Shown in pieces: positions 1-9,297 of a DNA stretch of 64,000 nt. Within the stretch, counting starts at the first letter, position 1. Each line of letters begins with the position of its first letter. Origin of the DNA: Pirellulales bacterium (GTDB lineage: Bacteria; Planctomycetota; Planctomycetia; Pirellulales; JAICIG01); contig JBBDYJ010000006.1 of assembly GCA_040901675.1 (NCBI GenBank), forward strand, positions 137,538 to 201,537, written 5' to 3'. A program made the translations under genes and the position numbers. The notes below the pieces were generated by a model that worked only from the letters and a program-made list of their open reading frames with translations, was not told where the DNA came from and ran no database searches.

Positions 1-2
1 AA

Positions 3-3000
3 CTGCCAGGAGACCGGCGCCGCGGCAAACACGAGTTGCTCACGGGCCGGTAGCCCATTTTCGGTGAATGCGGACTGGTTGCCATCCGCGGGCGGCCGCA
101 GGTCGAAGAGCACGGGAGGCGACGCGCCGTCGGCCCGCCAGAGCAGCACCCCTTGCTCGACGACGTCGTAATCGACTCGGCTGCAATCGAGCACCGATTC
201 GATCTGCTCGCGGACCAGTGCCACGCCGGCCATTTTGTACAGGCCGGTCAAGCAATCGGCGAAGGCTTGCGATTGTTCGGCCGCCAGTTCGTCGAGCCAG
301 CCTGGCTCCAGGATGCGGGCCACCAGCCAGCCTGATTGCTCGTCGAAGGCCAGCCAGGTGGATGCATCGGGCCAGCGGGCCGAGCGCAGCTCGAAGCGGA
401 TGCGGTGGCTTGCGACCTCGACGCGTCCCAGCTTCAGGTCGAGCGGGTGCCAGCGGCGGCTCTGTTCCAAGAGGGTCACCGCCTCGCGCTGGATGAAGCG
501 GGCGACCGCCTCGCGGACTTGATGGATGGCCCGGCGGTACTTGCGCGAGGCTTTCCAGTCGCCCGTCCACTGGGCCTTGCGATTGGCGCGCCTGAGGCGG
601 GCGTAGAGCTTGGGCAGCAGCCCCGAGTGCAAGCCCGGGCGCAGCAGCCGGACCACGGTTTCACCGTGGTGGAAGACCGGGACCGGACCCAGCAGTTTGG
701 GGCGGTTTGCCTGGTACAGTCGCCAGTTCTCCTTGAGCTCCCAGACGAGAAAGCCGAACACGCCGGGCAGAACCAGGGCAACCGTGGTGGCGATGGTAAT
801 GGCCTCGGCCTTGCCCAAAGGGGACAGGGCGGGCTCCAGATAGACGGCGCAAAGGGGGGCGATGATCTTGTGCGAGACGGTGACGACGGGAAAGTGCTTG
901 ACCGGGTTGACCTGAGGCTCGATCAAGAGATTGATGCAAAAGCGCAGCAGGTAGGTGACAAAGAACCAGATCAGCCCCAAAGCCGATTTGATCACCACGC
1001 TGGCGCGTCCCTGGCCGCTTCGGAAGCGGAGCCATTCGTCGACCGAGTAGAGGAGGCGGTCGAACGTGTCGACCACGCGGTTGAAGAAGTCGATGATGAT
1101 GTGGACCAGCGCCGCCAGGATGCGGATGCGGAAATGGTCCCAACTGCGCACGGCCCAATCGGTGATGACTTCCTCGGCGTTGCGTCCCAAGCGGGAATTA
1201 ATCAAGAGGTTGACGACCAGAAACACCAACAGTCCGCCCCTGACGGCACTGGCGATATCTTTCTGGAGCGCCGGGAAGGCCAAGAGGGCCAGCGCCGTAA
1301 AGACCAATGGCTTGAACACGTAGCGGACCAGGATGCGGAAAGGCGGACTGTCGATGACCTGCCGCACCATCGGCTGCCGCAGGATCCAGGACGGCACGTC
1401 GACCGTGATGGCCCGCGTTATTCGAAACAGTTTGCGCATCGCCAGCGAGCAGACACGGCGGAAGCTTTTCACGTGTATCAGGCCCAGCAGCACGAAACCG
1501 ACCAGCAAAGTGCCCAGCAGCATGGCCGCCGTCTCCCCCGGCCTGGGTCCGGAGGCGGGCGCGGAAAACTGAAACTCCCCCGTGCGGGCCAGCCGCACCA
1601 GCGGCCCCAGGATGTGCTTGAGTCCTTCGAGGGCCAGGTACGCGCCGCCGAAGGGAAGGGCGACATAGCGGACCAGCAAGCGGCCCGGGGCGGTGCCGAA
1701 TGCCAGGGAGCTGAGCCGCTGGGGCCAGCGGAGGTAGACCTCGCCCCGGTGATACACGCCGTCGAGCGTGGTGGCCAGCGCCCGGTCGGCGCGGAGCAGG
1801 TGGTCGCCCCACAGAAACTCGCTGGCGCCTTGGAGGTCCGGCAGCTTGAGGTTGTTGCGCGAGATGGCGTCGCGCAGATCGCCCATCGTCAGAAAGCCGC
1901 GCTCGACCACTCGGTCCAGCAGCTCTTCGACGAGCTTGTGCTTGGCCACGCGCTCGGGCGGGTTGCCGGGAGTCAGGCCGGCCTGCTCCAAGGCCGCCGT
2001 CACCGTGGGGCGGAAGCGCTCGCGCAGCCTTTCCTCGGCGCGATGCCGGGCGCCTTCCAGAAGGGCGGCCAGGCGGCTGCGGTCGGCTTCGGGCAGGCGT
2101 GCCGCCGTCGCCCGTCGGGCGGCGCTGGCCAGATGTTTGGCCATCAGCACTTCGCGCTGGCCCTGCAGCTTGCGCTTGATCGGCAGCCGGCCTCGGGTGA
2201 GGATCCATTCGACCACGTCGAGCGTATAGATGTCGCGCTCCGAATCGACGCACACCTTTTGCAGATCGTAGAGGATGCGGGACTCGCGGGTGAAAAAGCC
2301 CTGCACCGACCGCTTCAACAGCGCGGCCAGCGCGCGGGACCACCGCCGGGTCTGGGTCTCATTTAGATCCAAGGCGACGCGGAGGCGATCGGCAAGCCGG
2401 TTCAGCTCGTCGCGGGCCGCGGAGCGGGCCCGGCCCGCCAGGCTGGGCCGCACGTGCCGGGCCGAGCGGGCGCGGAGAATGGCGGCCCTGACGGCGTTGC
2501 CCTGCCGGGCGGCCCGCTGGGCCTGGCGGTTCATTCGGCGATAAAGGAGCTCGGATTGCCGGGAGGGGGCCAGGGCCAGGTCGTCCGCTTCGAAGTCGCC
2601 GGCGTGCTCTACCCTGGGCGGTTCGAGCGGCTGCACGGGATCGGGTGCCGCGGGCGGGCGCGTGCGCTGGAAAAGGTCGTTGGCATCGATGTCGGCGGCC
2701 AGGACCTCGTCGATCCGCCGCTCGTCGAGCAGCGACGAAAAGTAGAACGGCAGGAGCGAAGGGGCAAAAAACCGCAGCTCGAGCCAGACGGCGGCGAACT
2801 CGACGTACACCGAGGCCTGGTCCGCCGGGGGCAAGAGCAGGTCTTCCTGGCGGAGCACGGCGCGAACGTGGTCGAACTCGGCCTGGCCGATGCGGTGGAT
2901 CCGCTCGCGGAGGGCCGCCGGCTCGAGGCGGGGCAGCGTGGCGGCCAAGTGGACGTGAACGCGTGCGTGGAACAAGAGCCGCCAATACTTGAGCAGGGCC

Positions 3001-3305
3001 TCTCCGGCGGTCATGGCGGCCAGCTTTTCCGCGGTGGGCCGGGCCAGCAGGATGACGGTGTCGGGGAGCTGCTGGCGGGCGGAGAGTCCCAGCTCGTCGG
3101 GGTCGGCGATTTGGAGGAGTGCCTTGGCGGAGATCACGTAGGTTTTGCGGTGGGGGACCTTGAGTCCCAGTCCGGCGATCTGGCGATCGTGCTTGATCAC
3201 GCGGCGGAGGATTCTGGGGGGCGCGAGGATGGCGGAGCGATCGGCGGCGCGGATGGCCCGCTCCAGCTCGGCGATGGACAAGGGGAGATCGCTCGTGGCG
3301 TGCAT
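3..3305 (-). CDS. Large conserved hypothetical membrane protein, partial (3' end runs off the window start)
   Basis: Not in the ORF track because it lacks a stop in the window. Minus-strand segments translated from ATG 3305 read MHATSDLPLSIAELERAIRAADRS... and include hydrophobic stretches (LIWFFVTYLLRFCINLL; PGVFGFLVWELKENW). The long + strand ORFs here look like antisense shadows. Confidence 0.75.
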   Translation of the reverse strand, partial: MHATSDLPLSIAELERAIRAADRSAILAPPRILRRVIKHDRQIAGLGLKVPHRKTYVISAKALLQIADPDELGLSARQQLPDTVILLARPTAEKLAAMTAGEALLKYWRLLFHARVHVHLAATLPRLEPAALRERIHRIGQAEFDHVRAVLRQEDLLLPPADQASVYVEFAAVWLELRFFAPSLLPFYFSSLLDERRIDEVLAADIDANDLFQRTRPPAAPDPVQPLEPPRVEHAGDFEADDLALAPSRQSELLYRRMNRQAQRAARQGNAVRAAILRARSARHVRPSLAGRARSAARDELNRLADRLRVALDLNETQTRRWSRALAALLKRSVQGFFTRESRILYDLQKVCVDSERDIYTLDVVEWILTRGRLPIKRKLQGQREVLMAKHLASAARRATAARLPEADRSRLAALLEGARHRAEERLRERFRPTVTAALEQAGLTPGNPPERVAKHKLVEELLDRVVERGFLTMGDLRDAISRNNLKLPDLQGASEFLWGDHLLRADRALATTLDGVYHRGEVYLRWPQRLSSLAFGTAPGRLLVRYVALPFGGAYLALEGLKHILGPLVRLARTGEFQFSAPASGPRPGETAAMLLGTLLVGFVLLGLIHVKSFRRVCSLAMRKLFRITRAITVDVPSWILRQPMVRQVIDSPPFRILVRYVFKPLVFTALALLAFPALQKDIASAVRGGLLVFLVVNLLINSRLGRNAEEVITDWAVRSWDHFRIRILAALVHIIIDFFNRVVDTFDRLLYSVDEWLRFRSGQGRASVVIKSALGLIWFFVTYLLRFCINLLIEPQVNPVKHFPVVTVSHKIIAPLCAVYLEPALSPLGKAEAITIATTVALVLPGVFGFLVWELKENWRLYQANRPKLLGPVPVFHHGETVVRLLRPGLHSGLLPKLYARLRRANRKAQWTGDWKASRKYRRAIHQVREAVARFIQREAVTLLEQSRRWHPLDLKLGRVEVASHRIRFELRSARWPDASTWLAFDEQSGWLVARILEPGWLDELAAEQSQAFADCLTGLYKMAGVALVREQIESVLDCSRVDYDVVEQGVLLWRADGASPPVLFDLRPPADGNQSAFTENGLPAREQLVFAAAPVSWQ

Positions 3306-3346
3306 ACAGAGAATTGTACGTGAGGTTTCCTGGTTTCCAAAAAGAT

Positions 3347-3372
3347 AAGCCCCGCAATGACTTACGGGGCTT
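3347..3372. repeat. Inverted repeat AAGCCCCG-(CAATGACTTA)-CGGGGCTT
   Basis: Perfect 8-bp arms seen directly, just downstream of the putative integrase remnant. Confidence 0.6.
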
Positions 3373-3400
3373 GGCTGTCCATTAGCCACGCTATATCCAA

Positions 3401-3496
3401 TTAGGCCGAGGCCGCTTTTCTCAGAAGCCTGTCCAGCCCATCGGCCGCCTCGGGCTGTATCGTGGGCAGGCAATGGCTGTGGTACTGCAGCGTCAT
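3401..3496 (-). pseudogene. Possible C-terminal remnant of a tyrosine recombinase/integrase
   Basis: MTLQYHSHCLPTIQPEAADGLDRLLRKAASA* resembles the integrase tail TLDxYSHvlPtmQxEAAxxLDxLL. The upstream frame does not resemble an integrase. Confidence 0.4.
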
Positions 3497-4054
3497 GCGC
3501 CGTGCTGGCGCACTCCGTTTCGGCGTACCAGGCTCTGCAAGCGCGCCGGGCTCAGCTTCGCAAGCCCCCGCCCAGCCGCGGGTTGAGTGGTTCTTAATTG
3601 GCACTCCTCCCGCTTGCTCTTCGCGCAGGCGATGCGCCGGACGCACTTGGCGGCCGCGTTGTAGCCGACGATTCGAGGAGGATCGAAAGGACAGCTCGAC
3701 GCTTATCGAATCGCTACTTCGTGAGAAAGTTGAACAATGAGTACGGCAATAGTCCATAATCAATTCTCCAGCACAGCAAGTAAACTGAGAGCGTTTCAAG
3801 AGTCCATCCACTCTCGATACGAGCCTCATCCTGTGGAAGAGCGCACAGATACCTCCGCGACATTGCGATTCGAGGTTGCCGGCTTTCAGCGCGCTGTAGG
3901 CCGCAGCCGTGATCACGCACGCTCTGCAATAGTAAGGAAGATCGTTACATCAGAAAGTCCTGACGAGTACATTCAGACTGTAGTCCACACGTTGGTTTCA
4001 AGCACACGGCCTGGTCGGATTGGCTCGGTCGGTGGCCCGGCTGCTTGAGGCGGC

Positions 4055-4486
4055 CTATTCCTTGAGGACCAGGACCGGGCAGTGGGCCAGCCGCACGACG
4101 CGCTCGGCGACCGAGCCGATCAGGAGCCGCTTGAGTCCGGTGCGTCCGTGGGAGGGGAGCACGATCAGGGCGGCCCGGTGGTGGCGGGCGTATTCCGCGA
4201 TTTCGTGGCCCGGATCGCCGAAGGCGATCGCCTTGTGGAGGTTGTTATAGCGGGCGTCGGACAACCGCTCGTCGAGGGCCTGCAGGGCGTGCCGCGCACG
4301 GCTTTCGTCGTCGACGGTGCCCCAAATGACCCCCGGCTCGGTGGCCTCGAGCACCGGCAGCACGTGGATCACGTGCACCCAACCCGCGTCGGGCGCCAGC
4401 TCGAGGGCCTCGTCCAGGGCGGCGAGCGACAAGTCGGAGAAGTCGACCGGAACGACCATGACCCGGTTCGAGAGCCATTTGATCAT
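4055..4486 (-). CDS. Universal stress protein (UspA family)
   Basis: VVPVDFSDLS N-terminal motif and LIVLPSHGRTGLKRLLIGSVAERVVRLAHCPVLV ATP-binding motif. Confidence 0.95.
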   Translation of the reverse strand: MIKWLSNRVMVVPVDFSDLSLAALDEALELAPDAGWVHVIHVLPVLEATEPGVIWGTVDDESRARHALQALDERLSDARYNNLHKAIAFGDPGHEIAEYARHHRAALIVLPSHGRTGLKRLLIGSVAERVVRLAHCPVLVLKE

Positions 4487-4529
4487 AGAGACCTCGGTGC
4501 AATGGGGCGGGTCGTGGAATGGTCAAGCG

Positions 4530-6167
4530 TCATTGGATGCCATGCTGCTCGAATTCTCCGGCGCGGTAGCGCCGCCAGTAATCGTTCAAGCGCATGCGGA
4601 CTTTGCCGCTGAGCAGGGCGACGCCCAGGATGTTGGGAAAGGCCATGGAAAGAATCATCATGTCGCTGAAGTCAAGGATGTTGCCCTCGGTGACGATGGA
4701 GCCGAGCACGACGAAGACCAGGAACAACAGCTTGTAGGCCAGCGACCAGCGGACGCCGAACAGCCGGCACCAGCAGCGCTCGCCGTAGTACGACCAGGAG
4801 ATCACGGTGGAGTAGGCGAAGAGAAACACCGTCACGCACAGCAGCCAGGGAAACCAGCTCACCTGCGTCTCGAAGGCCCGCGAGGTCAGCGCGGCGCCTT
4901 GCTTCGTATCGATCAAGTCGGCAAAAAGGGGGACCGACCGGTCGTAGGCGCCGGTAATGACGATGACCAGGCCGGTCATGGTGCAGACGACGACCGTGTC
5001 GATGAACGGCTCCAGCAGCGCCACGATCCCCTCGCTGATGGGTTCCTTCGTCTTGGCCGCGGAATGCGCAATCGCAGCGGAACCGACGCCCGCCTCGTTC
5101 GAGAAGGCCGCTCGCTTGATGCCCGTCACCATCACGCCGATGGCGCCGCCGGCAATGCCCTCGCCGGTGAACGCACCGTCGAGGATCGTGCCGAAGGCGG
5201 GGAGGATCCGGTCGTAGTTCGAAAGCAGAATGTAGAGACAGGCCAGCACGTACAGGCCACACATCACTGGCACGATCTTGTCGGCCACCGAGGCAATGCG
5301 GCGGATGCCGCCGATGATCACGATGCCGGCCAGGAAAGCCATCAAGAAGCCGTAGGTTTGAGGGTAGTGATTCAACCACGGGATCTGCAGCTTAATGGCA
5401 TTCAGCGACTGGCCAACCTGGAAGGCGCAGCCGCCGCCCAACGAGCCCCCGATGCACATCACGGTAAAGACAAGAGCCAACACTTTGCCCAACGGCTTCC
5501 ATCCCAGTTCGGCCAGGCCGTCTTCGAGGTAGTGCATGGGGCCGCCGGAGACGCGGCCGTCGACGTCGATCTTGCGGTAGAGCATGCCGAGGCTGCACTC
5601 GGCGAACTTGCTGCTCATTCCCAACAGGCCGGCCACGATCAGCCAGAGCACGGCCCCCGGCCCGCCCACGCCGATGGCAATCGCCACGCCGGCAATATTG
5701 CCCAGGCCGACCGTGGCCGATAGGGCCGAGGAGAGGGCCTGGAAATGGGAGATTTCACCGGCATGCTCGCCCTTGTCGTAATCGCCGCGCGTGAGGCGGA
5801 CCGCGTGCCAGAAGGCCCGCACGTTGATGAAGCCCATCCGCAGCGTGAAGAACACCGCCCCGGCGAACAGCCAAGCCACCACGAAAGGAATTTCGGCGCC
5901 GAGCTGTTTCCCGGTGCCGAAGTCGTACATCAGGATCATGTCCAACGGAGTGACCAGATAGTTGCCGAAGAACTCGTCGATCGGGCCGATCCATTCCGGC
6001 GGGCCGGCGACCGGCTGGGCTGCCTGGTCCGCGGCCTGCGGCGGCAGGGGGTCTTCGGCGGACGCCGGGGTAAAGATAGCGAGGCAACCGAGGAGAAGTG
6101 CGGCGGCGCCGAGCGGCAGGATGACCTTCGGGCGGAAGACGAGCGAACGAAGCGAACCACGCAGCAT
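4530..6167 (-). CDS. Alanine/glycine:cation symporter (AGCS/AlsT family)
   Basis: ALSATVGLGNIAGVAIAIGVGGPGA and RAAFSNEAGVGSAAIAH signatures; multiple TM segments. Start uncertain (ORF is open to 6242). Confidence 0.93.
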   Translation of the reverse strand: MLRGSLRSLVFRPKVILPLGAAALLLGCLAIFTPASAEDPLPPQAADQAAQPVAGPPEWIGPIDEFFGNYLVTPLDMILMYDFGTGKQLGAEIPFVVAWLFAGAVFFTLRMGFINVRAFWHAVRLTRGDYDKGEHAGEISHFQALSSALSATVGLGNIAGVAIAIGVGGPGAVLWLIVAGLLGMSSKFAECSLGMLYRKIDVDGRVSGGPMHYLEDGLAELGWKPLGKVLALVFTVMCIGGSLGGGCAFQVGQSLNAIKLQIPWLNHYPQTYGFLMAFLAGIVIIGGIRRIASVADKIVPVMCGLYVLACLYILLSNYDRILPAFGTILDGAFTGEGIAGGAIGVMVTGIKRAAFSNEAGVGSAAIAHSAAKTKEPISEGIVALLEPFIDTVVVCTMTGLVIVITGAYDRSVPLFADLIDTKQGAALTSRAFETQVSWFPWLLCVTVFLFAYSTVISWSYYGERCWCRLFGVRWSLAYKLLFLVFVVLGSIVTEGNILDFSDMMILSMAFPNILGVALLSGKVRMRLNDYWRRYRAGEFEQHGIQ

Positions 6168-6384
6168 CCTGTTGGCCTTTCCGTGGTCTGCCCCTGGGAT
6201 GGTTTTTGCCAGCGGACGGCGAAACGGACCACGGGATTTCAAAGCAAGAGCGCAGTCCGCGCGCGGTTGGTAACCGCCAATTGCGACAATAACGCCGCGA
6301 TTCTAAAGCAGCCCAGGGATAAGGTCAACGCGGGCGGGAGAGGCGGCATCGACAAGGGGACAAGGCGAACGCGGGGGGATACGA

Positions 6385-6503
6385 ACGAAGAACTGGGGCA
6401 CGCTACCGCTTTGCCGCCAGGCACCCGAAGGGGAAGGAGGAAGGACGAAGACTGGGGCACGCTGCCGCTTTGCCACCAGCCACCCGACTGGGAAGGAGGA
6501 AGG
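6385..6503. repeat. Tandem ~60-bp duplication containing a palindromic REP-like core (CTGGGGCACGCT...GCTTTGCCnCCAG)
   Basis: Copies at 6385-6444 and 6445-6503, nearly identical. Confidence 0.85.
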
Positions 6504-6521
6504 AGGAGGGGCGCGAGGGGG

Positions 6522-8996
6522 CTAACGCCGTCCGGTGTCGGGTCCGGCGGAAAAGCGGGAGGCGTGGGGCATGGAGCTGGCCTCCGCCGCCGCGGCGCCT
6601 GGCCGCCTGGCTGCCTTGTCGTCCGTCCACGGAGCGGGACGACCGGCCGGACGCGGTTTTTCATCGGCGCCCGCGGTGGTGTAGCGGCGGCCGAACAGCG
6701 CGCCCAGCGGGCCGGCCAACAGGGCAGGGAGCAAGAGCAAGTTGCCGACCAGCGCCGCCGAGAGCAACGTGACCATCAGGTAGCCGAACCGCTGGGTGGG
6801 CGTGAACGGGCTGAGAGCGAAGACCGACAATCCCAGACCGATCACGCCCCAGCTCTGGTACATCGGGCGCGCGCAGGCCTTGTAGGCATACATCACCGCC
6901 TCGGGCCGGACGAGTCCCCGCCTCAATCCGTTGCGGTAGTTGATCATGAAGTGAACGACGTCGTCGACGGTGACCCCCAGGGCGACCGCGGGCGCCATGA
7001 CCGTGCCGATGTCGACCACGATCCCCAGCCAGCCCATCAGGCCGAAAATCACGATCGCCGGGAAAATGCTGGGCACAGCCAGGATCAAGCCGGCCGACCA
7101 GTCGCGGACGGCAAGCATCATGATGATCGTGATCAGCAAAAAGTCGGTGACGAAGCCGAACACCAGGCCGTCCAGGAGCGAGTTCTGGGCCTTGTAGATG
7201 AGCGGGACCAGCCCGGTATAGACGGCCCGGACGCCCTGGCCGCCGTTGGCGGCGGGTCCCGCGACGATGGGGTCGACCTCGGCCTTGATGTGTGCCAGGA
7301 CGGTGCCGTAGTCGACGTCGGTGAGCGCTCCGACGCGGGCGCTGACGCGCCACAATTCCTTGCCTTCCTCGATGGCCAGGTAGTCTCCTTCGAGGTACTC
7401 GTCGCGGTGCTCCTGGAGGTTCTTGTTGTACATGGTCCGAGCAAGCTGGTACTGGTCGCGAAAGGCAAGCCGGCCCAGCACCCCGGTGACGCCGGAGCGC
7501 GCGCGGTAATCCTCGGGCCGCGGCAGCGGCGGGGCGAAGGTCACGGCCGACAGCGCGCTGCCCACGCCGGGGATGTTCTGAGCCTTGTGCTGGACGGCGC
7601 GGACCAGTTCCATCCGCTCCAGGAAGTTCAGCTCGCTCTTGTCCGGATCGACCACGAGCACGATTTCCATCGGCACCAGCTCGCCAAGATGCTGCTCCAG
7701 CCAGTGATAATCGGAGATGATCTTGGCGTTGGAAGGGAAGAGCCGCATCATGTGCACGGACGTCTTGATGCGGGTCATGCCGAAACCGCAGACGACGAGA
7801 ATCAAGAGGCAGGCGCAGGTAATCCAACCTTGGCGGCGGGTGATCATTTCTCCCACGGGACGCCAACGGGCGGAGACGAGCGGATCGGCCGGAGCGGTGT
7901 CGCGGCCCTGGGCCGCTGCCGCCGCCACGCCGCGCAACGGCCAGCTCTGAAAGGCGGCCGGGAGGAGAAAGAACAGCATGATGGCGCTACAGACCACGCC
8001 GATGGCCGAGTACAGGCCGAAAAGCTGAATCGGCACCAACTCGCTGATGCAGAGCGTCAAAAGGCCGATGGAAGTGGTGGCGGTGGCCAGCGTCAAGGGG
8101 AGCCAGGCGTGCTGAATGGCCTTCTTCGGCGCAGTGACGACGTCGACGCCGGCGGCCAGCTCGTCGCGATAGTAGTTGGAAAGATGGATTGCGCCGGAAA
8201 TGGTGGCCACGTAGACCAGCGAGGGCATCGTCAGGAGGATGGCGTTCATGATGTGGCCGGAGTACCAGACGATGGCCAGACTCATTGCGGCGCTGTAGAT
8301 GCCGGCGAAGAAGACCATGGCGATCAGCTTGGCGTTACGCAGGCACCACCAGGAGATGACCAGGCCGATGGCCGCCGCCAGGCCGGCCAGGCGATAGAGG
8401 CTCTGCTCGCCGGCCTCGTCGATGGCGACGTTGTCGATGGGGGGGCCGCCCATGTGCAGCTCTGCCAGCGGGATGCCACACTCCGCGGACGCGGTGGAAC
8501 GGATCGTGTTGACGACGGCGCGGAGCCGGTCCTTGCCGTAATCGGACAAGGTGAAGACGATGCAGGTCGACTCGCCGTCGGGCCCGATCAGCGAACCCTT
8601 TAAGCGGTCCGCGGCGGTAGCGTAATCGAGTTGGACGGGCTCGGAGGTCAGCCGGTTCAGCGTGGCGGGGCCGGTGAGCACCTCCTTGAAGTAGCGGGCC
8701 CGGTCCTTTTCCGGCGGCCGCCCCGCGGCGGGTGAAAGCTTGTCGACCATCAGCCGCAATCGCTGGTCGTCGAGCGTGCAGCCGTCCCAACTGGCGAGGA
8801 TGAACTGCTCTCCGGCAAAATGGGAGCGAAACCACTGAAACACTTCGGTCTCGTGGTACTCGCTGGGCAGCCATTGAGCCACGTCGTTGCGGTTGGAGCG
8901 CAAGGCCCGCAGCGCGCCGCCCATGATCGGGAAGAACAACAGCGCCGCGACCACCAGGATGCGGAAGGCGTTACGCTCGTAGAACGATTGTTTCAT
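6522..8996 (-). CDS. MMPL/RND-superfamily transporter
   Basis: Two repeats of TM + periplasmic loop + 5 TM; ALGVTVDDVVH motif. Confidence 0.88.
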   Translation of the reverse strand: MKQSFYERNAFRILVVAALLFFPIMGGALRALRSNRNDVAQWLPSEYHETEVFQWFRSHFAGEQFILASWDGCTLDDQRLRLMVDKLSPAAGRPPEKDRARYFKEVLTGPATLNRLTSEPVQLDYATAADRLKGSLIGPDGESTCIVFTLSDYGKDRLRAVVNTIRSTASAECGIPLAELHMGGPPIDNVAIDEAGEQSLYRLAGLAAAIGLVISWWCLRNAKLIAMVFFAGIYSAAMSLAIVWYSGHIMNAILLTMPSLVYVATISGAIHLSNYYRDELAAGVDVVTAPKKAIQHAWLPLTLATATTSIGLLTLCISELVPIQLFGLYSAIGVVCSAIMLFFLLPAAFQSWPLRGVAAAAAQGRDTAPADPLVSARWRPVGEMITRRQGWITCACLLILVVCGFGMTRIKTSVHMMRLFPSNAKIISDYHWLEQHLGELVPMEIVLVVDPDKSELNFLERMELVRAVQHKAQNIPGVGSALSAVTFAPPLPRPEDYRARSGVTGVLGRLAFRDQYQLARTMYNKNLQEHRDEYLEGDYLAIEEGKELWRVSARVGALTDVDYGTVLAHIKAEVDPIVAGPAANGGQGVRAVYTGLVPLIYKAQNSLLDGLVFGFVTDFLLITIIMMLAVRDWSAGLILAVPSIFPAIVIFGLMGWLGIVVDIGTVMAPAVALGVTVDDVVHFMINYRNGLRRGLVRPEAVMYAYKACARPMYQSWGVIGLGLSVFALSPFTPTQRFGYLMVTLLSAALVGNLLLLPALLAGPLGALFGRRYTTAGADEKPRPAGRPAPWTDDKAARRPGAAAAEASSMPHASRFSAGPDTGRR

Positions 8997-9297
8997 GAAG
9001 TGGAGCGGCGGGCGGTCACAGCGGGTTCAGGGAGAGGCAGGCGACGGGAATGGAGCGTGGGGATGGGCCTCCAGCCCAAAACGAGTGGAAAATCGCACGT
9101 CCATAGGTGTTTGCGGGTGCCTGGCGGGAGCAGGGCCTCGCCGCCCATCTTCACCGCCCAGTGATCTTTGGAAGTCTAACCGCTGGCAGGGATCAAGTCG
9201 ATATGAGCGGCGAGGCGGGGGGAATAAAGCCGCGCGAAGACGTAGGGGATACGTAAGGCAGGGGAAATGGGTTTTTTGATGTCAGGGGCACCACGGG

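Noticed and set aside
336..3323. Long + strand ORFs (336-2366 and 2454-3323), and similar shadows such as 5745-8603, 9319-11817 and 47946-50120
   Set aside because: Antisense open frames typical of high-GC codon bias; no motifs, and they fully overlap better-supported genes.
3714..4048. ORFs 3737-4048 (+) and 3714-3929 (-) as genes
   Set aside because: No recognisable motif or RBS; atypical composition.
6385..6503. CRISPR array
   Set aside because: Two whole-unit tandem copies with no unique spacer.
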